Part shown: positions 13,501-27,700 of the stretch, one piece after another
How the letters are laid out: each line of letters starts with the position of its first letter
Numbering within the stretch: the first letter of the stretch is position 1
Assembly (NCBI GenBank): GCA_051362555.1
Contig: CM120640.1
Location: 54,848,788-54,912,787 of the forward strand
From: Lingula anatina
Lineage: Eukaryota > Animalia > Brachiopoda
Reading direction: 5' to 3'
Length of the DNA stretch: 64,000 bases
The notes under the pieces: generated by a model
Databases searched by the model: none
Told to the model about the DNA's origin: nothing
What the model saw: the letters and a program-made list of their open reading frames with translations, nothing else
Program-made: the position numbers and the translations under genes

Positions 13501-16500
13501 TCAGTGATCTTACTGTTAACACCAGGGAATTCAGTTTAGCTCGATCAAAACCCAACAGTTGTAAGAGCTCCACTGAAGTGAATGACAGTTCAGCAAAAGA
13601 AACAGGTACTAGCTTGAAGAACAAGATGTCCAGCACCTCTGGTACAAAGACAGCTACCTTGGACTCTCTAGCAGATGATTTAAAGTATATAGATGATGAT
13701 GAAGATAGTGGTTCTCCCAAGCCTAAGCCTAGTTTGGAGTCACTCTCTCGCACCTCTAGGCATTTTGCTAGTGGTTCTGACACAGGCAGTGTCAGTGAGG
13801 AGCGAAGCATGGGGGATGACTCTGGAATATTCAACTCCAGCAGTAAAGGGACAATTAATAGTCCCTCTAATGATGGAAGTGATTCAGAATCCAGAGGAGT
13901 GTTTGACTATTATCCAATCAACAGTGTTAAATCCTACACAACTGCCAAATCCTCTAATTCCAAAATAGAGGTAGCTCACAACAAGGCTTATGATGAAGCT
14001 GTCTCTGTGGACTCAGAAGGCACAGTGACAGACTCCGATTCTCCTCGTAGTGTCTCCTCCATACAGGAGGCTAATCAGAGTGAGGGCACCGAAATGACCA
14101 CATTCAGGATATCTTCTTCCACTGCTCAAATCACTGCTTCTCATAGTAGTAGTAGTAAATCTTCAGGGTACAATGATGATGATGACAGAAAACTCATGGA
14201 CAATGTTGCAGTCCACCAGCGTCTGTATGGAAATGACAGTAAAGTACCATACACCCGCATGGAGGAGGAAGACCTGGATGACTCTGGAGAAGATGTGACG
14301 TTACGCTCACTAGAAGTCAGCAGTGATAGGTACAAAAAGGACAGCAAAGACTTAAAGATAATGTTCCCAAACAGTACAAAATATGGTAGCTTTTCCAACA
14401 AACCTACTTCAGCTGTGGATAGCAGCATTAATTTCTTCGGAGCAGGAGGAAGAACCTGTGGATCTCTAAATAATAAATCCAGTGACTCTGTCAGAATAGA
14501 AAAGACTGAGACATCCAGGCCTAAAGATCAGCCCCCATTTGGTGACCCTGTATCCATGATGGAATTGGGGCAGTCTGTAAGTGGCCTTATCTCCTCCAAA
14601 ACTGACACAGACATCCCAGACTTACCAGAGAGTGAGCCACTTTTGAAGAAGGTTGAAGAAACGGGTAAATCTGGAGATGAAAATAACAAGAAAAAGAAGA
14701 AGAAAAAGAAAACGACCAAAGGTAATGATACAAGTATGTTTTTTATCTTTGAGTGTCTATTGGTTATTAAAAATAGTAGTTTTTGGTAGTTTTATCATTA
14801 GCAGAAGAAAAATAGTTGTTGGGTTTAGTACTGTATGTCCGTAACTGCACCTATAGATTATGAATTTTTAAAAATATTTTTAAAAAACTTTGTTAACATA
14901 TTTAAGAGCTATATCAAAAAATAAAACAGTGCAACATTCAGTGGTGAAAATAAAAATACTCCAAAATTAGATGCGCCCATAGTTACTATTGAACATGAGT
15001 AGGAAATCATATATTGGCAATCTAATTGTGACCTTAAAATTAACCTTTGACCTACTTTACACCATGAACTGAACTTTTCTGTCCCTTATGTCTCCAAAAC
15101 TGGCATAGATAGGCCCATAGTTACTACTGAACATGAATAGGAATATATACTGACAATCTTATTGTGACCTTAAAATTGACCTTTGACCTACTTTTCACCA
15201 TGAACTTGCAAAATTCAGTCCCTTATATCTCCAAACCTGGCAGAAATATGCCCATAGTACTGAACTTTAATAGCAGCTCACATATTGACAGTCTCCCTGT
15301 GACCTTGAATTTGACCTTTGACCAACTTTTCACCATGAACTGCACTGAACTTGCCTTGCTAGAAGAAATAAATAAAAATATAAGTGAAATGAATATAAAG
15401 GAAAGAAGCTTGCCAAGTATTCTGGTTTCACTTTAGCATAGTACATTTTGGTGAAATGCTAAAGGTATCATAATTAGACATTGGAAGATGTTAATTATTT
15501 TATTCATTTTTGTGGAATCACTCATAGACTTGGCTAAATAATAAGCTAAGAGTGTCCAGCTATTTGACTGAAAAACTCGATCTTATATTGAGCCTTTCAT
15601 AAATATTTTAATACCAAAGCTCAAAAGACTTAAAAATAATCCCAAAATTATTCCTATGTGAGTTTGCTTTGATGTATGAAGGATTGTCATCCTTTACCCT
15701 TTAAGATGCGTTTGAGAAATTACAATAATACTTGTTGCAGATTGCAGGCAGGTTAGTGAGTAATGGCATTTGTTGTCAGTAAGTGATGTGATTCAATAAA
15801 TGTATGTAGCTCTCCAAGCAGTTGGAGCCATCTCACTTCACTTGTGGAATATTGATACAAGTTGTTTCAGATGTATTGAATTATCTTTTCTTAATTGAAA
15901 CTTTGCTTCTCAGAAGAAATCTATGACATATTTTGGCTGAGAAATTTATTGGCTTGCTTGCATCTATTTTTAGAATCTAAAAACTCATATACATGTTGAT
16001 CTATGGAAATTCTCATCTTATCAAGGATAATATCATTTTCTACATGTAGGTCATGACCACTATTTCTCGTTTTCATTGTCTAGCTCTTAATTTGTAAGCC
16101 TTAATATGTTTTTGTTGCAACAGAAGAATATGGATCTGGTAATGATACTACTGACAAGTTGGTAACAGTTGTGATTATCACCTGCCTTCCCAAGCCATTA
16201 TCAACTGAACACTTGTGTAATATAGTGGAGCTCTGATTGGATAAGTAATATTGCTCCTTGTGCATAAATTGTACCAATTTGCCTATAACATAGAAACTAG
16301 TGTATTTGGTGTGAGAAAAAAGAAAATGAAAACTTGGATAACTCTAAGATATTTCAATGTTTGAAAAACACAATGAGTGTTACACCTTAGGGCTCATTCC
16401 CAATGGAACTATAATTCTATGTAGATCAATCCAAATCTGTGAGGACTCTCACTGATTATAATAGGGTAAACAGATAAATGCACCTTCTCTTGTTAACAAT

Positions 16501-19500
16501 TTACTGGTATAATCAACATCTTTTATGTATTCTACTCAATCCCAAGAGGAGGCATGTTAATCAGTTAATCTGATTGCATTCAGCAAGAGTCCCGCACCAT
16601 TGGATCGATCTATGTAGAACACTAGATTTATTGGGCATTAGCCCTTAGAACAATTACCAAATATTTTCTTGAGGAATGGTTTTTCCAGATCAGAAAAACT
16701 AGATATTAACAGTGGGTTACATTACACATATATGACTTGAAAGAATCATTTTTACAGCATTCAACAGCTTTTGTTGCATGGGAAACCATTGGGAGATTTT
16801 GTTTTCATAATGGCAAGAGATGGTAATTACTTTTGATTGTCCAGGTAGAAATTTAATTATTCGCCCAAAAATTGTTTGGATATTTTTTTCTGCTGAGTTA
16901 CAATATTGAGAGAAAAACGATAGATATAGAAATTGTGATCAAAATCTGTTTGAATGAAGTTGTTCCTTTGTCTTAAGCAATAACAAGTTCTCCATTAGCA
17001 ATCAGCAAACAATTAAAATACTAGCTTGAGCACATGAGCTATTTATTGTTATCTGGAAGGTGCACCAAGAGCTAGGTTGTTCTCTTCTGCATAATGCTTA
17101 AGGTTCTCATGGACCTGCCTTCTCAAAATGGGCTTAAAAATCAGACAAAGGCATTACTAGTATATGCATGCTTACAACCTGTGCTTTAATTTTGGAAATA
17201 CATGTCAAGTTACCTCTTGGGTAATTTGGATCAGTAGTGCATTTTTTATTTCATTGAGCAGTTCTGTTTAAGAAGAATATATTATGTCAGATTTATTTCT
17301 GGGTTGACTGTGTTCAATATCTGCATTGGTTCTGTATGATGTATCATGTTTATTCATAAGTGTGATGTCATAATATGACCTTCAGTCTGTCAGGTGGAGC
17401 CTTGGCCAAATGAAGGGGAGGCTTGCTACTTACATGGAGGTATAATTCTCCAGGTAGATATTGAGTACAGTAAATGCAGCTGTTGTGGAATTCCATAGCT
17501 AGTTATTTTTGGCACCCTAGCATTGCTAGTAGATGTAGGTCTGCTTGTTTGCTGCTTTTACTTTGCCTGACCTACTGTAGCCAGCCGGTTTTGGTATGGC
17601 TGCCTTTCGAGGAGGAGTCGATATACAGGGTTGAAAAAACGAGGTAGGATAAGGTATTTCATTTTGAGCACATATTCAACAAATACTATAATATGTTGGA
17701 TTGGGTGAATTATTATTTTTTTCTTTGACAGACTTCTTGATAAGTATAGAAACAAAAAAACTACACAGCTGCTATGAGAACAGCTAGCTACTTCTGCATA
17801 TGTGTTAGAAAGATTGAGGATGACTTGGATGAAGATAGCTTGTGGTGTCTTATTTAGGCTGAAATGGCAGGCCCAGTAACCCTTTTTGCTAAAAAGCCAG
17901 TGTGCCTATAACCTTCAAAATCTTTTGGTTGTAAATAGCATTGGAACTGATATAAAGGTAATTCTATTGATCTCCCAATGTCTGATAGCACTGCACCTTA
18001 CAAAATACTTTGAAGACAGGTTTTTAATTGTATCCTTTTGATTTTGACATACTTTATTCCTGAACATGAGTCAATAGGGCTTTACATTCTGTCTGTAAGA
18101 ACATTGTTCTTGGAATACCATTAAATGCTGAGGCTAAACTCAATGCTCTCCTTGCCATGAGCTATGGAGTTTCAGTATGGTTCTCTTTACAGAGGTGACA
18201 CTGAACTAGGTTATTGGAGCAGAAAAAAACATATATTGTACTGTCACAACTGAATTTCTGGTTGCTTTAGCTTGTGCCAGACAAATTTTTATAGATACTA
18301 CGCATATAAGGTGTTCAAAACTCGCACAGAGATTTGTTTGTTAGACCTAAAAAAATAATAGATGATACTTGCATCACTTTCATGCTCCTTACTGCTTGTA
18401 AGTGAGTTGATAAAATATTTGGCAACCAAAGGTCCATGATTTTTTTCTTTTGTTCAGTGAATTTTGATGCCTCACTGGGGTATCTTGTAAAGTTGAAAAG
18501 TACAACATGGTTATAAATCACATTGAATAAGCCAATGTTAAGCATAAACAGAGCATTTTTCATGATTAATTCAATAGGTTTCTGTGAAGGTGATTCAAAC
18601 ATTAAGGTGTAAGGTGGGCACTTTGCACCATGTTTGGCAAGTATGGAGATTATTTCATGTGTGGGGTAGCACTACATTTGTAGAATTACTTGCTATTCAT
18701 GTCTGCACTCACACTGAAATATGGAGGCTAACTTTAAGGCAGTAAGTAATGGAATCTTTATTTTTTATTTGCGTTTGCCTTGCTTGCTGCCTATGAAGCA
18801 TATATATGCCTCACCTATTCTTCTATTACCCTACCTGTTAAGCCTGTGGTTCTTTTTTATTTGAAACACAGGTCTCAGGTTTTCATTATCTTCTGTAGAA
18901 TTAATGAAGAGCAAACTGTACATAAACAGGATTTCCTCCAAATTGAAATGCATTGTGAATGTTATTCTGCATAATTACAGGTAATCAATTGCTGAGGATG
19001 TGTTGGATTAAGTCTGAATCCTTACTGATATGTAGACTCAGGTGGTGCATGCTGCCTGAAATTGTCTGTACAACACTCATACTTTCAGACAGGAAGGAAA
19101 CTGAGTTATTAATATTAACACATATTTATTAAGCATATTGATGCTGTAGTCGCAGTACTGTGATTTTGCTCAAACTTTGGATCGTATGAAGGCTTGTTTT
19201 GTTTTTGTTTTTTATACATGTTTGTGTGTTATGTTTTGTCTGCTGATGCAAAGAAAATTAGATTATTGTCACACATATGCCATTTTAATTCTAGATGATG
19301 CAGGCAGTGACTCCTCAGAAACTTCCAAAGGCAAAGCATCATATGATGTGAATGGAAATCCAGAGACGTCTGGCCCAACCAAGTCTCAAGTAGGGTTCAA
19401 TCAGCGTACATTTACTCAAGTTCGCAGAAGTGGCACCAGCACTAATTATGTGAGAGCCTACCAGAGAAGTGCCTTTCCCTCAATGCTTCATCATTTAAAT

Positions 19501-22391
19501 GAGTATGAAATAAATCAGATGCCTGTTTCTGAACTTGAGGACATGCCATCATCATCATCAGCGGACCATAGTTACTATCTGAAAAAGATGCGCAAACAAG
19601 CAAGGAAAGAACGGGAGGAGAAGGCTATAGATGCAAAAGAAATCCCTGGTCATCAAGGCAATAAACAGGTAGATGAACTGTTGGAGTTTATCGAGAGTTC
19701 AGGGGGAAAGAAAAAGAAAACTACATCAAGCATGAACAATAGTCATTCGTTGCCGAACAACTTAAGTAACAAGGCCAGAAAAACATTGACAAAAGATGAG
19801 AAAAAGAAAAGCTTGTCCGAGTCACATGACCATTCTAGCTCTGAGACAGGGAGTGACAATGGCGAAGAGCCTAATGGCTACCTACGTAATAATGACAAAG
19901 ACAAAATTGAGGACTATGGAAATGAAAGTGACACTGAAGATTTACCTGAAGGGAGTGACCAGAAAAACTTTGATTATGTAGCCAAGGAGGAAACACAGTC
20001 AAAAGTTTCCTATGAAACTGTTGAAGCAGAATATCTAGTGCAAAGTCTTGTATCAACCAGTGAAGCTGACAGTGAAGAAAACCCTCCTGCCATTGGAAGC
20101 ACAGAGGACAGTGCTCAATTTTCAACTGTGGAAAATAGGGATCACTTTATTTTCACAGATATTGATATGCCACAGGTGAAAGAGGACAAATTTGAGACTG
20201 TAATTCATAAGAAAAAGAAACAACGCCCAACTGGTGTTTTTACCCCACCATACTTTGAACATCGCCGTGAGCCTCGTTTTGAAGAGAGGAGGAGACCTGT
20301 GAGGTCAGTAACACCACCTCCAAACTCTATACATGTGGCTTCTGGAGAGAAACAGACTGACAGAGCCTTGAGTCCATCAGCTTTTCCTGCACTGCCTCAT
20401 GGTATGGGTCGTGAAGGGAGGAGGAATTCCACAGGCAATGTGGATACCCTTCCAAACCAGGATGACAGTGATATAGAATCTGTTAAGTCACTTCCTGTGT
20501 CAGACACAATGGATATAAAATCATCCACTGCTCCATCAGATGTAGTCAAACCATTGCCAATATCATATGCAAAGATAGCTGCTTCACCAAAACCCAATCC
20601 CAGTAGTCAAGTTTCACCTCGAGTCCATCCTCAGCCTGCAGAAACAGAACAGCAACGCAGGCATTCATTCAGTCATCATGATCATAATTTAATAGGCAGC
20701 AGTGGTGAAGGGTCTGACTTGAAAAGCAAAAATGATGTGATTTCTCGTAGCCAAGAACTCCCAACTAGTTTGGAAAAGGCTGAGAACGCTTCTGTATCTA
20801 ATACAGGCTATGCTTGTGTTGTAAAAGCAAAGAGAAAACTGAGTGATGAGTTCGGGGTTTCTGCCACATTCAACTCCTCGTCTTCTTCAGTTTCAGGGGA
20901 GAAACCTGTTGGTAATCTTGCTGTGACAAAAACAGAAAGAAAACTTGGAACATGTAACAACTTCAATTCCTCCACAGAGGTCAATAAAGCAGTGCCTTCT
21001 GTGAATTTGCCAAAACAAAACGCTCCATTGGCTAGTCAAACACAACAGCAGTTCTCAAAGTCAGAAACTGTACAAAAAATGCCAAAACCAGAACTTGTCT
21101 CTTGTAATAAAAGAAGTGAGAATACAGTGCTGATGAACTCTAGCAAACCTCAACATTTTCAGAATATATCTGCAGCTTCAAACGCTGGAGTAACAATGCC
21201 TTCTGTGAACTCTAAGAAATCATCCAAGAACACAAAGTTTCTTGTTTTCTTAGACAAAAAAGAAGGAGACACCTCTAACCTTGGGATATCATTTGGCTTT
21301 GATGAGAACATGCCAGACATGCTGGAGAATGTGCCAGCTCAGGATATCCCTGCTGTGGACACTACCCCTGATATAATAAGAAACAGCAGTGGGGGGAATA
21401 ATAAGCAAGCCAAGCCAGGCATGGAGATTAGTTTCATGGACAGTTGTGACATCGAGCCTACCATGGACAGGGGCTATGATGTTAAAGGTGGCATTGGTAA
21501 AGCACAGGCAAAGCTTAATGGACTGGTTGCACCAGTTCCTATGCCTCAGAGTGTCAGTGTTGCAATGCCTTGGGGAAAGGTGAACAATGCAGGAAAAAAT
21601 GCTCAGCCCTCTTTCTTGGCTGAAGACTTTCCACCTATCACCAAAGCTGATAACAAGAAGATGGTCACACCTAGTCACAAAGGAATGTATGAAAATGACT
21701 TCTTGGGGACTTTCAGTATTGAGGATGCTGCAAGCTTTTTAATCAGAGGTACGTTTTGGCTTGCTTCTTGTTCTCCCATTGATATATAAATGGCATGGAA
21801 TAATTCTAAGGGAGAATTATTTTAATTCTGACAATTTTTTAAAGGTAAAGTGGTAAGTATCTTCAATTAAAAATAGATATGAAAAATCTGTGGAGATGAT
21901 TTAATTTTCACACATACCAACTGTTTCTTTTGAATGAATATCATGTTGGTCAGTGAAATGAAGACAAAAACATTATTTGTAACCATAATCTTTTTCTAGA
22001 ATGGGATAGACTTGTTACCAAGGATAGCAGAGGTAAGTTTCACCATTTTCTGTTTTAAGTAGATTATCTACTCAACAATTTTATCATATTCTCTTCGAGA
22101 ACTTGGGAATATTTTGCAATGAAATAAATGGTCTATCATCTTTCAGAACTCATTTTCATTTGACTGTCTGTTTGAGTAGAAAATAAGCCTTTAGTAATTA
22201 CTTTGCATAACCTCAGATGTAAATTTTACCTTTGCTTGAAATGACAGACCTAGTTCTTTAAAAAATTATTGTTAAACCAGTTTATTATATAGCAAGTGAT
22301 GCAAGAAGAAAGATGCTTTGAAAGTGTTATTTGGATATCATTTCTGTTTTTAGGTGTGGAAAATCTGTTTTTCTCAGACCAGTGGCAATGA
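5360..22391 (+). CDS. Uncharacterised ~1312-aa Ser/acidic-rich disordered protein; exons 5360-5497, 13446-14721, 19295-21748, 22000-22032, 22354-22391
   Basis: Two very long open exons (1276 and 2454 nt) join in phase through GT-AG sites to a first exon (MDAYAEEAEE...) and two short terminal exons (EWDRLVTKDSR, GVENLFFSDQWQ*). Total 3939 nt, divisible by 3. Candidate AATAAA signals at 24293, 24386 and 24980. Confidence 0.85.
5909..8965. mobile_element. Non-autonomous DNA transposon with CAC termini, 24-bp perfect TIR and 3-bp TSD; interrupted by a hAT element
   Basis: CACCCAAACCCAATATAGAGGTGC at 5909-5932 and its reverse complement at 8942-8965, flanked by TAT on both sides. An internal motif ggaacatacgttac recurs near 6106, 6497, 8743 and 8769. 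Confidence 0.85.
6537..8624 (-). mobile_element. hAT element with 6-bp TSD (hAT6-like), deletion derivative with a decayed TTF-zinc-finger/ZNF862-like transposase N-terminus
   Basis: TIR CAGTGTTCATTCTAGGA (from 6537) and TCCTAGAATGAACACTG (to 8624); TSD AAGCCC on both sides. Minus-strand frames give YKWLVHDDNANLVYCSLC...FFQGTNKFRTSTL and, after a putative intron (~7816-7372), VKSVYWIV*EGIAIHKF. Confidence 0.85.
10448..10517. repeat. (TA)n microsatellite
   Basis: Direct observation. Confidence 0.98.
14975..15342. repeat. Tandem repeat, ~138-bp unit x ~2.7, with a tgacctt...tgacctttgacc core
   Basis: Unit starts (gcccatagt) at 14975, 15113 and 15250. Confidence 0.85.
16390..16644. mobile_element. 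PIF/Harbinger-like MITE related to family A
   Basis: TIRs gggctcattcccaat...tatgtagatcaatccaa and ttggatcgatctatgtagaa...attgggcattagccc; TTA TSD at 16387-16389 and 16645-16647. Confidence 0.75.
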
Positions 22392-25300
22392 GGAGAAGAA
22401 TGGGTACTTTTTCCTGAAAGGACATTGGACTTGTTGACAAAACTGAACACAACTAAATCACAATATGTAAGTGTCTGCTGTGGGGTATCCTCCACCAGTT
22501 GCCAGCAGATGATTTCAGATGAGGAGGTGACCTGTTGGAATGGAGTATTGTGTCTTGTGGCACAACTAACACAATGAGGAGCTGTGATGTTTGGCTTGTT
22601 CAAATGACCATTCCTGTCTGTAGGTTATCTACAGACTCAAGTTTCTTTTGTATCTTCTGACAATATTAATTATTATTATGATATTGATAAGAAATATATA
22701 AAATGTTTTTCTAAAAACAAATTTAATTTCAAAAAGTGAAAAAAAAAAAAAAAGAAATATGAGACTTGGTGGAAAAGTGGCAACCAAGTTGCTCTTTCAT
22801 TTTTTTCTTATATCTAAGGGTTTTATGGGGAATGGGAACCCATTAAAACCTCAGCTCAGTGACAATATGGAAGCATCTTGATATTATTGGGAATGTCACA
22901 GTTTATAAAGGGTTAAGCATATGGGCAGTATTTTTCAGGTTGCAGTCCACCTATTGGATTCTTAATTTTAAGTCTGTGTTAGGTATAGATAGTATAATGT
23001 TTTCTGCTTAGATACACTACTGGTGAACATGAACATTGAATCTTAACTCTTTCTCTGCATTAGGAAAGTTGCACCTGTGGATTGCTGGCCTAACTGGAAT
23101 GCATTTTACTTTGATCTAGATTAAGTCGAATTATTATGTCAGTTATAGAGAGTGGTGGATTATAAAGTATTTAGTGTTTAGTGACGGATTGGCCATTGAA
23201 AACTCACTGGTCCTCCAAATATTTTACTGTCCATCTGTATGACCCAGCTATTACTCTGACACTGTGGACAAGAGTTTTTTAAGCGATGGTACAAATCAGA
23301 ATGGTTTTGAATGTGAGCCTAAGACAAAATGGAGTGATGTACGTAATAGAACATGGATTACCAATGGGTAAGTTTCCTGGGGAAATTGTTGATGTGACAA
23401 AATTGGTTTGTTGGAGGGTAAACTGAAATTTACCTTGAATGATAGCTTGGAGAGATACAGCATAACCTATAATACTACAAAAACAACAAATTTTGCTTTT
23501 TCTGTGTATTTGCTGATCAAAAGATGGCGAACACTGCAGTATTTAATGTCTCTGATTTTGGTTGTTTAAAACAAGGCCAAGTTGCTTCCAAGCATCTAAT
23601 GTTGTTAATGTTATTGTTGTTGCAATATGACTGTGATGATAGCATTACACTTTGAACTACCACAACTACTTCAATGTAATGTGGTATCACTTGGTAGACC
23701 CTTGATGACATATAGAGATTAGCAATTCTTTGAAGTAGACTGAAGTACTTTTGATCTTGCATTGCCCTTCCTTTTGTGACTTTCTATGCCTATGCACTTA
23801 GGGTTTTAAAACAGTTGTAATGTCAGTACTTTTTGTTAAGTTATTATGACAGAGACCTATACTATTGTCATGATGTTACTGCCTTGTTAGAGGTCATGAG
23901 ATATCGTCTCCTGTCTCTTTTTTTTACATCCCTACCATATATTCCTCTTATGGCACTTTTCCTTCAACAAGGATAAATTGCATTAAAAAAAGATGTTGAT
24001 TTTTGTTGACTGGGCCTGTTACAATGATAGCTAGCTTATTGTTGTGCTGACATCTTGGCACATCTAACACACTTATAAAGTACCTGGTGCACAGCCATGC
24101 TACAGGTTCTTTGTTAATGTTCTGTATGCACAATGGCAGAATCTTGTGTAGCAACCAACAAAAGTTTGGTAGACACAGACAATTCTTTTTGCACGTATAC
24201 AATACCTGAAAGATGCTGGGCAATTTATGGTTACTGGTTGTATTGTAGACAATCTTTATGACAGTTGTGTAAAACTATTGGGTATGTGTGAAAATAAATG
24301 GACTCGAGGTTAAAATAGTAATATTAATTTTACTCTTATTTTTGCCATATTAACAAGAACTTAGTTCTTTCTGCATTTTTTAAGAAATAAAAGTTAAAAC
24401 TACATACAACAACATTTAAAAAAACCATTTTAATTATTTTTTTATCTATAAAAAAACCATTTACTTTTTCATTCATTTTCACACAGTTATTCAATATATT
24501 AGAACACCTGGATAGAGTAGATCCTTATGTTGAGCCAAGGAGGGCTAGTATGTCCTGACCATAGAAGTTAGTACAGATATAGTATTCAAGGAAGTATCAT
24601 ATTTGGGAAGTGCAATTGGTTCTGTGCCACGACATGGCAGCACAATTTTTACTTTTTATTTGAAAGCTGGAAACGGCAGCAAAATTGATACTTTATATCC
24701 TTCAATATTGTTATATGTTAATTTGTAATTATAAAGTTATAGCAAATACCCTTCCTTGGCTCATTAATATTATAAACATTGCTGTCTGTTCCCTCCCAAT
24801 TTGGCTTATGTATGTGTGTGCTTGATAATAATTATACATTTGTAGAACATTGATTTGATTTATCAGAAAGAAAATTAAAGAGGTACATTATTAAAAGTAA
24901 AAATTAAACATGGCTCAATTTGCATTATGGAAAAATTATTAAAAAGTGTTGACCTTGTGTCACTGTTGGTTCAGTTATGAATAAATGACTGATGCTACAA
25001 ATGCAAACTTGTGTTTTTTCCCTTCATTTCTTTGTGAAACAGTCCTCTTGGTACCACACATGTGCATGAAGAGTTTCATAAACTAACATGAAATCAAATT
25101 ATGCAGCTTGAGCTCTCTCCAAAACCTGTACAAAATTATTTTCACCCCTTTGATAGGTTTATAATGTGTCCAAGTGGTCCAAGTGTTTCTCAAAATAACT
25201 GTGTCTACTTGTCTGAAAGTGAATGACTTGGAATATTAATGATCCTGTGAAAAAGACCAAAACCTAATATGTGAGACAGGATAGTCACATTTTCAGTATT

Positions 25301-27503
25301 AAAGGATTGTAGAGATGGTATTCCTGAAAGTTGAGTTAAACCACAATGTGGGATCATTCAGAATTTTTTAATTTAAACACTTCATATGTATGTACTGTGC
25401 CATGTTTGCCTTAGTTAACTCCACCAACACCACTTCTCTATTAATTATTGCACACCATTGAAAGAAAGGCATCTCAATATCATAAGAACTGACAATCAAG
25501 GGCACAAAAGAGCCACTGAAGTGTTGTCCAGGTAGACTTTGCTTGATGCCTGCCGCTCCCTGCTGGATATGTTGTAGTATTTTCACAGATGTCTCAGGAA
25601 GAAGTATGACCATCACATGAACCTTGTACTTAATAAATTATATACAAATGACCATTCACTGCTGAAATTATATCACCGGTCCACACAAAAGACGCATCTT
25701 CTTTGAAGTCAATTTGTTAAAGGTCACCTGTGGAGGACATCCAGATGACTAAATGAACTCTGATTAATTCACTTGAAGATCTGAGTCAAAAGGGTAGGTA
25801 CTTTATTTAACATTATTCAAGGCCTTCAATTACAACTTGTCTTCTGTATTGTTACAAAATAAAGCACTATTAATATGCCAGTCATCAGATCAATTGTCAA
25901 TGCAGTAAATGTCACCATCCTCTAAGGCAATTTCAGCTTGTTGTTTGTTTACCTGTACTGCCACATGCTGTCAGTGTACACCACCCTGTGGAGCCTCAAG
26001 TAGCCAATTATGTTGATTACAGGTCTGTATGGATGAGTCTATCAAATGTATTGGAATGGAGCAAGCCCACCAGTGCCAGTGGTAATCCCTCACTAGAGGT
26101 GCAAGGCAGTGGCTGAGTAAGGTGGTACCTTCCTCTCCTACAGGTAAGAACTTAAACATTATAACCTTGTGACTCATTTGATGTGTATTAAGGTATTCAT
26201 TTTATAATTCCCCTTTCTCTCTAAAAGGTAAGCAAATTTCAACCCAACTCCTGATTTTGGAGATAACCTTACTGACCTGGTGACTGGGATCTTGTGAAAA
26301 TTGTTATATTTTTAAGCATTACTTAAAAATATAACAATTTAGGTATTATTATAGATAAATTAACTTAAGTGTTAGATATATATCTTACATTTTAAGTATT
26401 TTTGTTACAATACAATACAATATTCAGTGTGATTATTAAGTTGTGCTTTGAGTTAAAATGCATGTGCATGTTGCTCTCAAATATGCAATGGAAGCACTTC
26501 CATAAAAAGACAAAACCGATGACAGTAATATGTCCATGAAGACCTGCTGACACCAGTGTGTGTGAAATATATCTACCTTGTGACTAGAGCTATCACTGAC
26601 AACTTTGACATCTTCATATACACTACTCACTAGGCAGTCAGTAGATGACCCAGTTGACATGGTACTTACACTTTTCTCTTGTTCCACACCCTGAATTTAC
26701 TGTGTGTGCCATTTCTTTGCCCAGAATATACTTCTGATCTGTATCACATTCAAGGGAAGCTTATTCTGGGTAGAGTCGCCATAAGTAATCTAATCCAAGG
26801 TGCTGCATTAGTGCAGCTATGTTTTTTGATTATATATATATAGAAATTGAATTTTTTAAAATTTGTCCAGAGCATTAAGATGTGATATAAGATGCATTAA
26901 GAAAATAAAGGTAGTTTATGATACATATGTGTTTTGGTATTAAAATACAGGAAAATTGTAGGATATGCTTCTCAGATATATGTCTGAAAAAGGTCAGCTA
27001 GATATAAATTCATTTATAAAATCTTTCTCATTGCCAACAGAAATGAAAATGTAGATTTTTGTCTTCCAAAACCTTAATTGGTAAAATATTTTTATTTCTT
27101 ACAGGAAATAAGATATAGACATAACTTCTTCCAAAACTAAGATGTCTGTTAAGAAAGTTTCAAGTTAAAATTTATCTCTATATATCCACATATGATATTA
27201 AAGGAATAAAGATGAGTACCTAAGCCTAGACTCCCAAGTTGCTGGCAAGTTGCCAGCCATCTTAGTCTATTGTTTAGCCTAGGATCCACTTTATTTGAAG
27301 TTCAGATAAATGGCTATTAGCAATTTTATAAATTATACCTGGGATTGCTATCTTACTTCCATATCTTTTGGGTGACTGTGGCATAGGCATCAATTAAGCC
27401 ACCTTTTATTTTTTCAATGGTAAAAATTTGATTGAACTTTACCTAATGACACTAAGAGTGCACTTTTTGGGGGAAGTCTTTTACAAAAATATATTGCACT
27501 ATT

Positions 27504-27700
27504 AGAGATTTAGATTTAGATCGACCTAACTCCCTGGGGGTTCACGCTAAATTGCGGTCAGCCGAGCGCGCACCATATAGTTAATTACCCCCTTACAGCT
27601 TTTAGTAGGCGGGACAGACGCTTAAGCCGGCTAAGCTGACAGTAATCTAGTAAGACTCCCCACAGAGATAGAGCGATCTAAAATCTATGGGAATGGGGTC
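27504..27700. mobile_element. MITE family A, copy 2 (inverted, one end degraded)
   Basis: Reverse complement of the 419-634 element (ttagtaggcgggacagac, ccctgggggttcacgctaaattgc). Confidence 0.85.

Noticed and set aside
13442-14719. Antisense and alternative-frame ORFs over the large exons (also at 19796-21678, 35171-36357, 57541-59293)
   Set aside because: Shadow ORFs of real coding exons, with no independent signals.
14975-15342. Regularly spaced repeat as a CRISPR-like array
   Set aside because: Whole ~138-bp units are repeated with no unique spacers, the context is a eukaryotic intron, and no cas genes are present.
19177-19294. Hydrophobic signal/TM-like N-terminus of the 870-aa ORF
   Set aside because: It is intronic T-rich sequence upstream of the acceptor at 19294. 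The same applies to 59557-59699 of the 750-aa ORF and 52442-52476 of the 381-aa ORF.
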